Shown here: piece by piece, positions 9,700 to 18,666 of the stretch | How positions within the stretch are numbered: the stretch's first letter is position 1 | How the letters are laid out: each line of letters starts with the position of its first letter | Assembly (NCBI GenBank): GCA_023253175.1 | Contig: JALRHH010000002.1 | Coordinates: 256,199 to 320,198, forward strand | DNA from: Candidatus Saccharimonadia bacterium | Lineage (GTDB): Bacteria > Patescibacteriota > Saccharimonadia > Saccharimonadales > JALRHH01 | Length of the DNA stretch: 64,000 nucleotides | Direction of reading: 5' to 3' | Program-made: the position numbers and the translations under genes | The notes under the pieces: model-generated | What the model was told of the DNA's origin: nothing | Databases searched by the model: none | What the model saw: the letters and a program-made list of their open reading frames with translations, nothing else

Positions 9700-10744
9700 G
9701 GGCGATTGTGAGCGAGTATGGATCAGCGGTTGGCTGGCTCAGATTTGCATGGAAGTAGCCTAGGGTAGCGATCATAGCGCCGTTATCAGTGCAGAGTTTA
9801 GGGTCGGTATATTGAATTTCTATTGGTAGGCGCTCGGCGAGCTGTTTGCGGAGTTCTGGGCTGGCAGCGACACCACCGCCAATGACAACTGACTTTGGTT
9901 GAAATTCTTCAAATGCCATGATCACTTTGTCAACCACTGTTTCAACGGCGATACGCTGGAAGCTGGCTGCGATGTCGGCTTTTTGGGCTTCTGTGAGCCG
10001 TTTTGGTAATTCTAATGATGAAAGAGTGTGATCTGCGCCTACAAGGCCCTGAGCGGTCCTGAGAACAGCTGTCTTGATGCCAGAGAAGCTGTAGTCGTAC
10101 TTGTTCTGCAGCCGTGATTTAGGAAATGGCAGGGCAAGGGCGTCACCTTCGAGCGCTTTCTTGCTGACAGACGGGCCACCAGGGTAGGGGAGACCGATAA
10201 GCTTCGCGACCTTATCGAAGGCTTCGCCAATTGCATCATCGTGCGTTTGGCCAAGCAGTTGATAGTCAAAATGATCTTTCCAAATAACGATCTGACTGTG
10301 TCCGCCAGAGACGATCAGGCCCAGTAGTGGGAACTGGGGCTGCGCAGTAGGTAAGGTGTAGCCGTCCAGAGAGGTCTCGGTAATGAAATTGACGTAGATG
10401 TGGCCTTCGACATGATTAACCGCGTAGAGAGGTTTATTCTTGGTGATTGCCAAGGTGCGCGCAGTCATAACACCGACCAGGAGCGATCCGCCAAGACCAG
10501 CACCATAGGTTACGGCGATGGCGTCGATGTCATCCCAGGTGCAGTTGGCGTCCGACAGCGCCTGCTCGATAACAGGGGTGATCGCCTCAATATGGCTGCG
10601 TGCTGCAATCTCCGGCACGACGCCGCCGTAGGCTGCATGCAGGTCCATGCTTGATAACACGGCGTTTGATAGCAATTTTTTGCCGTCTTCAACCACCGCC
10701 GCTGCGGTTTCATCACAACTTGTCTCAATTCCAAGTATTTTCAT
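9683..10744 (-). CDS. tsaD: tRNA N6-adenosine threonylcarbamoyltransferase
   Basis: MKILGIETSCDET, NHVEGH, SGGHS, CTDNGAMIA. Confidence 0.97.
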   Translation of the reverse strand: MKILGIETSCDETAAAVVEDGKKLLSNAVLSSMDLHAAYGGVVPEIAARSHIEAITPVIEQALSDANCTWDDIDAIAVTYGAGLGGSLLVGVMTARTLAITKNKPLYAVNHVEGHIYVNFITETSLDGYTLPTAQPQFPLLGLIVSGGHSQIVIWKDHFDYQLLGQTHDDAIGEAFDKVAKLIGLPYPGGPSVSKKALEGDALALPFPKSRLQNKYDYSFSGIKTAVLRTAQGLVGADHTLSSLELPKRLTEAQKADIAASFQRIAVETVVDKVIMAFEEFQPKSVVIGGGVAASPELRKQLAERLPIEIQYTDPKLCTDNGAMIATLGYFHANLSQPTADPYSLTIAPNLSM

Positions 10745-10801
10745 CACCTCAAGTATACCGAAGTTACGGACAAAGTGCGATTTCAAGCTATACTTGATGT
10801 C

Positions 10802-12100
10802 ATGACTATCCGAAAAATCGTAAAACTATTTATTCCAACGACATTATTTAAGAAGGTTGAGCCGTTTGGTCACCTGATCGAAGCAATTGTATACAACGTG
10901 ATCTACGGCTTTCCTGCCCGCAAGATGAAAGTGATTGGTATTACGGGTACCAATGGCAAGACCACAACAACATACATGGCTCACCGTATGTTAGTTGAAG
11001 CTGGCATCAAGACTGGCATGATGAGCACGGTTGCCTACGGCGTGGACAACGATATTCGTTTGCAGACGTATCACATGACCAACGTACCAATTCCGGCGCT
11101 CATGAAGCGGCTCAAGTGGATGAAGAAGCAGGGGATTGAGTGGCTCGTACTTGAAACGACCAGCCATGCTTTGGCCCAGAACCGCGTATGGGGCGTGCCA
11201 TTTAGTGTCGCGGTTATGACCAATGTGACCCATGAACACCTAGATTATCACGGCACTTTTGAATCGTACCGAGATGCCAAGCGAAGGTTATTTAAGATTG
11301 TGAACGCGAACAAAAAAGGTCTTCGCACCGGTATCGTGAACACTGATGACGAGAGTGCGCGCCTATTTTCGAGCGATGTCTTGAACGCCATTGGCTATGG
11401 TCTGAAGTCTGGACATATTCGGGCAGAAAGTGTCGAGCTGACCCCAGCGGGCAGTCACTACAAGGCAGTAACTGATGATGAGACGTATGACATTACGTGT
11501 AATATCCCCGGCAGCTTTAACGTGTCTAACTCTTTGGCGGTGGTGGCAATTGGCCGCACACTTGGGCTTACCAAGCAGCAAATCGAACAGGGAATTGTGG
11601 CACTTGAAAACGTAGAAGGCCGCATGACGCGTATCAGCGAGGGTCAGGATTTTGACGTGATTGTTGATTTTGCGCATACGCCAGATAGCTTTGAAAAGTT
11701 ATTCAAAGACCTGAAGCCAGTTGTAAAGGGCAGGCTGATTGCATTATTTGGCAGTGCAGGCCGCCGCGACGAGGCTAAGCGGGCAGTGCAGGGTGAAATT
11801 GCTGGCAAATACGCCGATGAAGTCATTGTGACCGAAGAGGACGACCGCGATATCGACGGCATGGAGATTATGAATCAGATTGCAGAGGGTGCTGAAAAGT
11901 CAGGTAAGGTCCGCGAAGAGAATCTGTTTCTTGTGCATGACCGAACCGATGCGATCGAGTTTGCGATTAACCGTGCGGGCAAGGGCGATACTGTGATTTT
12001 GCTCGGTAAGGGGCATGAAAAGACCATCGAGCGCGCCAACGGCGAAAACCCATGGGACGAGGTTGGGGCAGTCCGGGCTGCAATTAAGCACCGGGCGTAG
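10802..12100 (+). CDS. murE: UDP-N-acetylmuramyl-tripeptide synthetase
   Basis: GITGTNGKTTT, HEHLDYH, VDFAHTPD, LLGKGHE. Confidence 0.9.
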   Translation: MTIRKIVKLFIPTTLFKKVEPFGHLIEAIVYNVIYGFPARKMKVIGITGTNGKTTTTYMAHRMLVEAGIKTGMMSTVAYGVDNDIRLQTYHMTNVPIPALMKRLKWMKKQGIEWLVLETTSHALAQNRVWGVPFSVAVMTNVTHEHLDYHGTFESYRDAKRRLFKIVNANKKGLRTGIVNTDDESARLFSSDVLNAIGYGLKSGHIRAESVELTPAGSHYKAVTDDETYDITCNIPGSFNVSNSLAVVAIGRTLGLTKQQIEQGIVALENVEGRMTRISEGQDFDVIVDFAHTPDSFEKLFKDLKPVVKGRLIALFGSAGRRDEAKRAVQGEIAGKYADEVIVTEEDDRDIDGMEIMNQIAEGAEKSGKVREENLFLVHDRTDAIEFAINRAGKGDTVILLGKGHEKTIERANGENPWDEVGAVRAAIKHRA

Positions 12101-12102
12101 CT

Positions 12103-12960
12103 CTATATATTGTCGAGCGTGAGGGTGGTACAGCGAATGTAGCCACCGCCCTTTACGAGTTCAATAATTTCAGGGGTGATCGTTTTGAGGCCTTTTGCCT
12201 CAATCGCGGCTTTGAGGAGCGGTGCGGTACCACTCATGATGACGGTTTCACCGGTAGAAACGAGGTTACAGGCAAATGCCTTTTTGGCCTCGTGTACTGA
12301 TACTTCAATCTTCTCAATTGGAAGTTCGCGGATGATCGTTTGGCTTTCTTTGGTGAACGCCGCAGGACACCAGGCTATGAGGTCATCCCTTAAGACCGAT
12401 AACGCGAGATCAATGTCGTAGAAAAAGCTATCTGGCCAACCAGAGTCTTTGTTGATAACCCTTTTGCCGTACCAATTACGCTGCGGGATGGTCTGCAGTT
12501 GCACTAATTTATAGCCGAGTGCTTCGGCTGCGAATGTTTGCGCTGCTGCATCACTTCGGTACCCATTGCCGGCCAGTAGGTATTTGCCGCAAGGCAGAGC
12601 ATCGCCTTGGCCGCTGAAATGGAGTCCTTCAGAAGCTTCTATAACTTCCTTGCCAAGATCGGTGAGTACCATTTTTGCATAAGGCTCCTCCCCCTTGCGC
12701 GCATCAGGTAGCCTTGAGACAATTGCCTTGTTACCCCGGACCAAGGCCCAGTTAGCGGTGTATACACCGTCCTGGCAGTCTCGGGGTGGCGTAACGGTAA
12801 TTACTTTCACACCGGCTGTCTCAAGGGCTTCACGAATCGCAGTATGCTCCTGACGAGCTCTTTCCAAATCAATGGTGTCGTTTTTTGACATGTAGGGGTT
12901 AATTGCCTGTTCGGCGTTAAAGTAATCAACTCCGGACATCAGTACAGTTCTATTAATCAT
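12103..12960 (-). CDS. Amidinotransferase/arginine deiminase-DDAH superfamily protein
   Basis: INPYM, DGVYTAN, R.GE, GQGD, C-terminal GGGYIRCTTL; start at MINRTVLMS. Confidence 0.85.
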   Translation of the reverse strand: MINRTVLMSGVDYFNAEQAINPYMSKNDTIDLERARQEHTAIREALETAGVKVITVTPPRDCQDGVYTANWALVRGNKAIVSRLPDARKGEEPYAKMVLTDLGKEVIEASEGLHFSGQGDALPCGKYLLAGNGYRSDAAAQTFAAEALGYKLVQLQTIPQRNWYGKRVINKDSGWPDSFFYDIDLALSVLRDDLIAWCPAAFTKESQTIIRELPIEKIEVSVHEAKKAFACNLVSTGETVIMSGTAPLLKAAIEAKGLKTITPEIIELVKGGGYIRCTTLTLDNI

Positions 12961-13139
12961 AAGCCTATTGTACGCGGCTACCGGGTTGTATGTAAAATAT
13001 TGACTAATAGTTTTAAAAGTGGTGTTGAAATATTTAATGACAGGAGTATACTGGCAACATAATTTTGTATACAGCAAAGCTATTTTGCGGACAAAATGAC
13101 AGTGATTTCTTGAGATAAATACATTTCGGAATCATGCAC

Positions 13140-13661
13140 ATTGAGATGTAGGTATCCAAAATGGAGACATTGGTGATCAGGCTGATCACTGGTGCTTCCA
13201 TTTTGGTGAAGATTACCATCCTGGAGGATGCAGTACCCCGAGAAAGAATGCCATTTTTCTGCGTTTAAGGAGAAGATTAGCATGAGCATCGAAGAGCAGC
13301 AGATCGAGTGCTGGCAGCTGCGTGACCAGGACGCCCGTCAGGCCCGCGACAGCGAGACTGAGATGTGCTGGGAGCAGCACAACAAGGCAGCCGCCATGAG
13401 CGACGGTCAGGAGAACATCCTGCAGGTGGTCTCCGGAGACATCGCCATCATGCCCTCGGGTGAGAAGCGGCCGCGCACGAAGCGCAGCTACAGGAAGGGG
13501 CAGCGTCGTCGCCGCCTCGAGGCCCAGTTGCCTCGGCCCGCTGCGTAGGCGGCCCCCAGGGGAGGGAAAAAGGGCCGGGTCCAAGGTGGATTTATACAGC
13601 TGTCAGCTGCCACCTGGATCCGGCCCGCCCCCCCCATCTTCAACACCGCCTACATCTCAAT
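13140..13661 (+). ncRNA. Putative highly structured RNA enclosing a small ORF (cassette 1)
   Basis: 13-bp perfect terminal IR attgagatgtagg (13140-13152)/cctacatctcaat (13649-13661); nested tgaagat/atcttca; long hairpins 13156-13206 and 13572-13626 with G-U pairs on the + strand. Confidence 0.65.
13282..13548 (+). CDS. Small GC3-rich hypothetical protein with basic C-terminus (88 aa)
   Basis: AAGGAG SD; 76/88 codons end in G/C by hand count; tail KRPRTKRSYRKGQRRRRL. Confidence 0.7.
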   Translation: MSIEEQQIECWQLRDQDARQARDSETEMCWEQHNKAAAMSDGQENILQVVSGDIAIMPSGEKRPRTKRSYRKGQRRRRLEAQLPRPAA

Positions 13662-13677
13662 AACACACTCTATGATG

Positions 13678-13700
13678 CACCCCAGTTAGGGTGTTTTTTT
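13678..13700 (+). terminator. Intrinsic terminator of cassette 1
   Basis: gcaccc-cagtta-gggtgt followed by a T-run. Confidence 0.7.
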
Positions 13701-13755
13701 ATTTGTGTACATGAATATTGATAAAATACCATGTTTATGCTATAATATAGGTTAT

Positions 13756-14385
13756 ATGTCAGAGATTGTTAATCCAGAACACCGCGAGCCTGATCCACGC
13801 CATCTTCAAATAGAGCCGCATCGTCATCTTATTGACGATAAAGTGTGGAAGCAGACTGGAATTACAGAGTATTTTGATACCACCTCCCAGAAACGCATCA
13901 TGACGTTGCCTCGTGATTCTGAAAGCGCTGCTTTACATGGCCAGCTTGTTGATAAACGCATTTCGGTCTATCCAATGTTTGGCGCTGATAACCAGAGCAT
14001 TTTACTGGGAGTGCCCAATGATTCACGAACTGTACAATCAAGTCTTAGATTTATAGCCAGGGATGTAGTACGTTATAAAGAGATTTTTACTCAAGTAGGT
14101 AATGTGCTCGGCCGCTGCGCGCTATATGGACTTGGCTTGCCGGGTCGAACTATCGAACGCCCTGTATTGGCAAGCGTTGCATTTTCACTCAACACTACAG
14201 AGACTTTTGGTGGTAATGTTCATCTCTTGCCACCGTACTCGTTTGAGCACGCAAAATCAAAAACAGAAGAACTACAGGAATTGCGTCGTGAATTAGTGGC
14301 GTCATCGTATATTTCTTCAGCAGTCGCAAGCGAGTTGATAGCCGCAACGAGCTTAGGATGGGAACATGCCCGAGAACGCTCATGA
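13756..14385 (+). CDS. Hypothetical protein, overlapping the kinase-like gene
   Basis: TGcTATAAT promoter just upstream of MSEIVNPE; 20-nt overlap with the next ORF. Confidence 0.65.
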   Translation: MSEIVNPEHREPDPRHLQIEPHRHLIDDKVWKQTGITEYFDTTSQKRIMTLPRDSESAALHGQLVDKRISVYPMFGADNQSILLGVPNDSRTVQSSLRFIARDVVRYKEIFTQVGNVLGRCALYGLGLPGRTIERPVLASVAFSLNTTETFGGNVHLLPPYSFEHAKSKTEELQELRRELVASSYISSAVASELIAATSLGWEHARERS

Positions 14386-15364
14386 GATTAGCCTTGAAGC
14401 AGTTATAGACCGATTTCAATACGATATTGGTCAATATGGCTCTGCTGAAACGTTTGCCCTCCCTGAAGTTGCTGGTCGTATCAACCACAACATGAAGTAT
14501 GTTCAGATAAATGATAGTTTAGATCAGGGAATGTACCTTGATGAGGGGCTATATCGCAGGGACATGCAGTACGGTTTTTTTGTACAGGCGGGAAATCGTC
14601 TAACCCGGGAAGACTCTCATAATAAAGTATTCTTTGGGAATATGTTACTTTTGCCCGAGGGCTCTGACGATGAAATTCATGAGCAAGTGGCGGTAAAAAG
14701 TAGAGTAAGCAGCGAGACGCACAAACTACTCGGTGAGATGGCGCTGTTCCAGCATCTTGAGAGCTTAGATATTAGAACATACCGGCCAGCGGCTTTACTT
14801 GTTGGGCAAAAGGCCACGCACCTGATGACATACTTCGAAGGTAATGTAGCTACAATGGATACCGTTGACTGGGAAAACATGGAGATTGAAGAAGCTTGGG
14901 TTGAGGTAGATAAGGTAATTGATACGATGATGCAGCTCTATACTAATGCATTATTTCATGGCGATCTTGCATTCAGGAATGTTGCCTTTGATCAGACTGG
15001 TAAAACGGTGATCATCGACCCTGAGCTTATGATCAGTGCCAAGGAAAGCTATGATGAATTACTCGATGCAGGCGTTTTATTTACTCCTAAACAACAGCGG
15101 ATATACGATGGTATTGTACAAAAAATGAGTGGCGAGATGGGTAGTGTCTTTCATTCAATCGATAGGCACATTCTGCCACTGTTCCCGAAGCAAGAACGGC
15201 CAAGAAGTGACGAGGCTCGCCTAAAAATATACAAGAAGCATTTATTCGAGCCATTTAAGTCCAGGGTACGCGATCTCGAAGATCCAATACGCAGCTTCCT
15301 TCTTCGTCTCACTGATGACGTGGTAGCACGTAAGAAGGCGCATGCCAAAGAACAGAAATTATAA
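14366..15364 (+). CDS. Protein kinase-like fold protein
   Basis: VAVK (catalytic Lys), GEMAL (alphaC Glu), HGDLAFRNV catalytic loop, IIDPE (DFG equivalent). Confidence 0.8.
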   Translation: MPENAHEISLEAVIDRFQYDIGQYGSAETFALPEVAGRINHNMKYVQINDSLDQGMYLDEGLYRRDMQYGFFVQAGNRLTREDSHNKVFFGNMLLLPEGSDDEIHEQVAVKSRVSSETHKLLGEMALFQHLESLDIRTYRPAALLVGQKATHLMTYFEGNVATMDTVDWENMEIEEAWVEVDKVIDTMMQLYTNALFHGDLAFRNVAFDQTGKTVIIDPELMISAKESYDELLDAGVLFTPKQQRIYDGIVQKMSGEMGSVFHSIDRHILPLFPKQERPRSDEARLKIYKKHLFEPFKSRVRDLEDPIRSFLLRLTDDVVARKKAHAKEQKL

Positions 15365-15390
15365 AAGCCCGGTTATATACCGGGCTTTTT
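15363..15390. terminator. Bidirectional intrinsic terminator
   Basis: aaaagcccggt-tatat-accgggctttt. Confidence 0.85.
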
Positions 15391-15399
15391 AATATGCGG

Positions 15400-15913
15400 T
15401 GGGGGAGGGCTTAGCTTGTGTTGTCTGATGAGTGTAAGGTGGAGGCAGGGTGCCTACGACAGGTTACATCATCCAAGCTAAGCCCAGACCGACCGACGAG
15501 GTGCATCTCCTTGGCACTATGCGCATGAGCGCCAATGGAGATGACCCCGCCGCCGGTTGTCCGTGTCAGCGCGCTTGGCGCCAACGGATGATCGTCGTGT
15601 CGAACTCCTGACGCAGCTCCTGGTGGAACAGCTTCATGAACTGGTGGCTCCAGTCGAAGCTGACGCACCCGTGAGACGGGATGAGGAACTCGACGATCTT
15701 GGTGGCGCTGGTGAAGCACACATGCCTTCCGTTGAGACCGTTGATGATGTTGGCGATCTTGCGGTGGACCTGCGGCTGTTCAGCGGCGGGAACCATGAGG
15801 AACACCCTCAGATGGTTCTTCTCGAGGAGGGATCGAGTAATTTCGACCCAACCCAGACCTTCGATGTGAATATTCGATGGGGTCATGCTGTGCCTTCCAT
15901 GATGGATACGGAC
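15400..15913 (-). ncRNA. Putative structured RNA enclosing a small ORF (cassette 2)
   Basis: Long hairpins 15407-15485 (gggcttagcttg...caagctaagccc) and 15488-15557, the latter with several G-U pairs on the - strand; 5' gtccgt can pair with acggac just after the stop codon. Confidence 0.6.
15566..15886 (-). CDS. Small GC3-rich hypothetical protein (106 aa)
   Basis: MTPSNIHIEGLGWVEITRSLLEK...; GGAAGG SD; ~85/106 codons end in G/C by hand count. Confidence 0.7.
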   Translation of the reverse strand: MTPSNIHIEGLGWVEITRSLLEKNHLRVFLMVPAAEQPQVHRKIANIINGLNGRHVCFTSATKIVEFLIPSHGCVSFDWSHQFMKLFHQELRQEFDTTIIRWRQAR

Positions 15914-15919
15914 TAGCAA

Positions 15920-15948
15920 AGTCTATCACGTGCTCGGAATCATTGCAA
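15920..15948 (-). promoter_or_regulatory. Sigma70-type promoter of cassette 2
   Basis: TTGCAA-17 nt-TAGACT with extended TG on the - strand. Confidence 0.65.
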
Positions 15949-15995
15949 TATTTATAATAGGATTGTATAATATCATTAAGTACTGGCGAAGACCC

Positions 15996-16469
15996 ATGAA
16001 TAGTATTGAAAGCGTACACAACCAAGAGCAAGAAGCTGAGCAGTTTGCATTCAGGCGCATATTTGGTGTGCTTCAGAAGCGATTTGATAGTGCGCTCGAT
16101 ATTCATAGGCGCAACCCTGACTATCGTATGTTCGTGATCATGACGCCAATAGCTGAGGGTGAACCCGCATTTGCACGTATACGACTTACATCCGTTCGTA
16201 ATGCGGAGTATGCGCTTATGCCTACTGATGAAACCAAGCATGACTTTTTTGATATTGGTTTGCCCCTTGAGGTTGCATCAACAGAAAATCCCGAGGCTGC
16301 ACATCTTGGGCGTGATGGCTACTTTATGTATTACAGTGGTTTTGCTTCTGATGAGGGCATGCTTATTAATGCTCAAAATTTTAGAAGTGAATTACCCGAG
16401 CCGTTTGTTTCACTAATGAACGACGACGTTGTTGCGATTCCACTTAGACAACGCCCCTTGACAGGGTAA
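15996..16469 (+). CDS. Hypothetical protein
   Basis: MNSIESVHNQEQ..., TATAAT upstream; no family recognised. Confidence 0.6.
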   Translation: MNSIESVHNQEQEAEQFAFRRIFGVLQKRFDSALDIHRRNPDYRMFVIMTPIAEGEPAFARIRLTSVRNAEYALMPTDETKHDFFDIGLPLEVASTENPEAAHLGRDGYFMYYSGFASDEGMLINAQNFRSELPEPFVSLMNDDVVAIPLRQRPLTG

Positions 16470-16496
16470 TTAGCACTCGGGTACTATGAGTGCTAG
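16458..16496 (+). promoter_or_regulatory. groESL promoter overlapped by a CIRCE element (HrcA operator)
   Basis: TTGACA-18 nt-TACTAT; TTAGCACTC-N9-GAGTGCTAG at 16470-16496. Confidence 0.92.
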
Positions 16497-16555
16497 AAGT
16501 TGATGATCATTTGCGAGTATCATCAACGAAAAAACAGGGTAAACAAGGAGCGAAT

Positions 16556-16819
16556 ATGTCTGTAAGTATTAAGCCGCTCGGCGATTATGTAGTAGTGCAG
16601 CAGGAAGCCGCAGAAGCCAAGACCGCAAGTGGTCTGTACCTGCCGACGCAGGCTCAGGAAAAGCCAAAGCTAGCTAAAGTATTGGCAGTCGGCAAGGATG
16701 TTAAAGAGGTGAAGGTTGGCGACCGCGTGGTATACGGTGGCTACAGTAACACCGACATCAAGCACGATGGCCAGGACTATATAGTTATCAAAGAAGAAAA
16801 CATTTACGCGACAGTTTAG
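16556..16819 (+). CDS. groES: Co-chaperonin GroES
   Basis: IKPLGDYVVV, KTASGLYLP; AAGGAG SD. Confidence 0.97.
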   Translation: MSVSIKPLGDYVVVQQEAAEAKTASGLYLPTQAQEKPKLAKVLAVGKDVKEVKVGDRVVYGGYSNTDIKHDGQDYIVIKEENIYATV

Positions 16820-16828
16820 GGGGAATAG

Positions 16829-18469
16829 ATGGCTAAGAAAGTATTTTACGATGATGACGCGCGCCGCAGAGTACTCGCGGGTGCAGAAATTCTCTACAGC
16901 GCAGTAAAGACAACCATGGGTCCAAAGGGCCGCAATGTTGTAATCAGCAAGAGTTTCGGTAGCCCAACAGTAACACACGATGGTGTGACGGTTGCTAAGG
17001 GTGTCGAGATCGCTGATGTTGACGACGAAACACTTGGATACAAAGTTGGCGCAGAGCTGATTAAGCAGGCCGCCAACAAGATGAATGATGTGGCTGGTGA
17101 TGGAACGACGACCGTTACTGTTTTGACCTACCACATCTTAAGCGAGGCTAATAAGTTGATTGCTGCTGGTCACAATCCAATGCTGCTCCGCAAGGGTCTC
17201 GAGGCTGCGGCGCACACGGTACTCCAAGAGCTGAGTGCATTCGCAGAAGATGTGACGGCTAAAAAGGGCCGTATCGCCGAAGTCGCGACTATCTCTGCTG
17301 GTGACAAGGAGATTGGGCAGCTGATCGCAGATATTATTGAAAAAGTAGGCAAGGACGGTGTCGTAACGGTTGAAGAAGGCCAGGGACTTGATCTTGAGTC
17401 AGAAGTTGTCGAAGGCTTTACTTTTGACCGTGGTTTCGTGAGTCCGTACATGGTGACTGACACCGCCCGCATGGAGGCCGTGTACAGTAAGCCTGCGATT
17501 GTGATTACCGACAAGAAGATCGCTTCTGTGCAGGAATTCTTGCCGCTTCTTGAAAAGCTTGCACAGGCAGGCAAGAAAGACCTCGTTTTAATCGCAGAAG
17601 ATGTTGAAGGCGAGGCCATGGGTACGCTTATCTTAAACCGTCTAAAGGGTGTATTTAATACTGTTGCCATCAAGGCTCCATCATTTGGTGACCGCCGCAA
17701 GGATGCACTGAGTGACATTGCAGTACTCACAGGTGCGACCGTGATCTCTGAAGAGCAGGGCTACACCTTTGAAAACGTTGATCTTGATGTTGTTGGTACG
17801 GCACGCAAGGTGATCGTAACCAAGGACGAGACCACGATTATTGAAGGTGCGGGTAATCCAGTTAATGTGGAAACTCGCATTGACCAAATTACTGCGCAGG
17901 CAAATGCTGCTACCAGCGAATATGACCGGGAACACCTGGAAAAGCGCCGCGCAGCACTATCTGGTAAGGTTGCAGTTATCAAAGTTGGTGGTGCGACCGA
18001 GACCGAAATCGAAGAGAAGAAGTACCGTGTTGATGACGCCGTGGCCGCCGTTAAGGCTGCGATGGCCGAAGGTATCGTGCCAGGTGGTGGTGTCACGTTG
18101 ATTAATTTAGCACAGGGTCTTAAGGCGACAGGTGATGATGCTTTTGTCGCAGGTCATCAGCTTCTTACCAGGGCACTGGAGCAACCATTCCGTATTATTT
18201 TGACGAATGCTGGACTCAACCCTGACGAGTGGCTTCCACAGGTTAAGGCAGCAAAACCAGGTCACGGCGTTGATGTGAACGATCCAAGCAAGCTTGTCGA
18301 GCTAAAGTCTGCCGGTGTGGTGGATCCTGCTCGTGTTACGAAGGAAGCAATCCAAAATGCGGTATCAATTGCTGGAACAAGTATGACAATGGGTGCACTC
18401 GTGGTTGAGGTACCTGAACCAAAGGTTGCTGCCCCTGATATGTCAGGCGCAATGGGTGGTATGATGTAA
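16829..18469 (+). CDS. groEL: Chaperonin GroEL
   Basis: [19 protein letters not shown] tail. Confidence 0.99.
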   Translation: MAKKVFYDDDARRRVLAGAEILYSAVKTTMGPKGRNVVISKSFGSPTVTHDGVTVAKGVEIADVDDETLGYKVGAELIKQAANKMNDVAGDGTTTVTVLTYHILSEANKLIAAGHNPMLLRKGLEAAAHTVLQELSAFAEDVTAKKGRIAEVATISAGDKEIGQLIADIIEKVGKDGVVTVEEGQGLDLESEVVEGFTFDRGFVSPYMVTDTARMEAVYSKPAIVITDKKIASVQEFLPLLEKLAQAGKKDLVLIAEDVEGEAMGTLILNRLKGVFNTVAIKAPSFGDRRKDALSDIAVLTGATVISEEQGYTFENVDLDVVGTARKVIVTKDETTIIEGAGNPVNVETRIDQITAQANAATSEYDREHLEKRRAALSGKVAVIKVGGATETEIEEKKYRVDDAVAAVKAAMAEGIVPGGGVTLINLAQGLKATGDDAFVAGHQLLTRALEQPFRIILTNAGLNPDEWLPQVKAAKPGHGVDVNDPSKLVELKSAGVVDPARVTKEAIQNAVSIAGTSMTMGALVVEVPEPKVAAPDMSGAMGGMM

Positions 18470-18474
18470 GTTTC

Positions 18475-18541
18475 ATGAGGGAACCGGGATAGGTTCTCTC
18501 ATCGCGCAAGGAAATCAAAGATTTCTTTGGCTGCTCTTTCC
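18475..18541. repeat. Dispersed two-hairpin element, family A copy 1
   Basis: ATGAGggaacc..ggttctCTCAT-CGCGCAAG-[gaaatc aaa gatttc]-tt-TGGCTGCTCT; same layout as 19727-19795. Confidence 0.75.
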
Positions 18542-18553
18542 TGAATTTCGATA

Positions 18554-18586
18554 AAATAGCCCGGAAGTAAATTCCTGGCTATTTTT
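18554..18586 (+). terminator. Intrinsic terminator after groEL
   Basis: aaaatagcccggaa-gtaaa-ttcctggctattttt. Confidence 0.7.
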
Positions 18587-18666
18587 GATTTCATTGATGC
18601 GGTGGATTTATTGTTGCGGATTAGGCAATTATCTGGTAATATATAGTGAATTCAAGGAGTGAGCTT

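Noticed and set aside
13213..13584. Antisense/alternative-frame ORFs over the cassettes (13213-13584 -, 15557-15916 +, 15411-15719 -)
   Set aside because: Expected shadows of high-GC3 coding; no SD or promoter support
13140..13661. Retron or tmRNA/RNase P identity for cassette 1
   Set aside because: No reverse transcriptase in the window; no tRNA-like ends, T-loop or GAGGAAAGTCC motif
15425..15475. CTGATGAG resembling a hammerhead ribozyme core
   Set aside because: No downstream GAAA in the required position; the bases pair within a simple rod hairpin, and G-U polarity of the adjacent hairpin favours the opposite strand
13572..15557. Integron attC sites
   Set aside because: The hairpins lack RYYYAAC/GTTRRRY boxes and no integrase is present
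13127..15947. Shared tcggaatcat(t)gca upstream of both cassettes
   Set aside because: Opposite orientation relative to the two ORFs and only ~10 identical bases; may be chance, though worth rechecking if more cassettes are found
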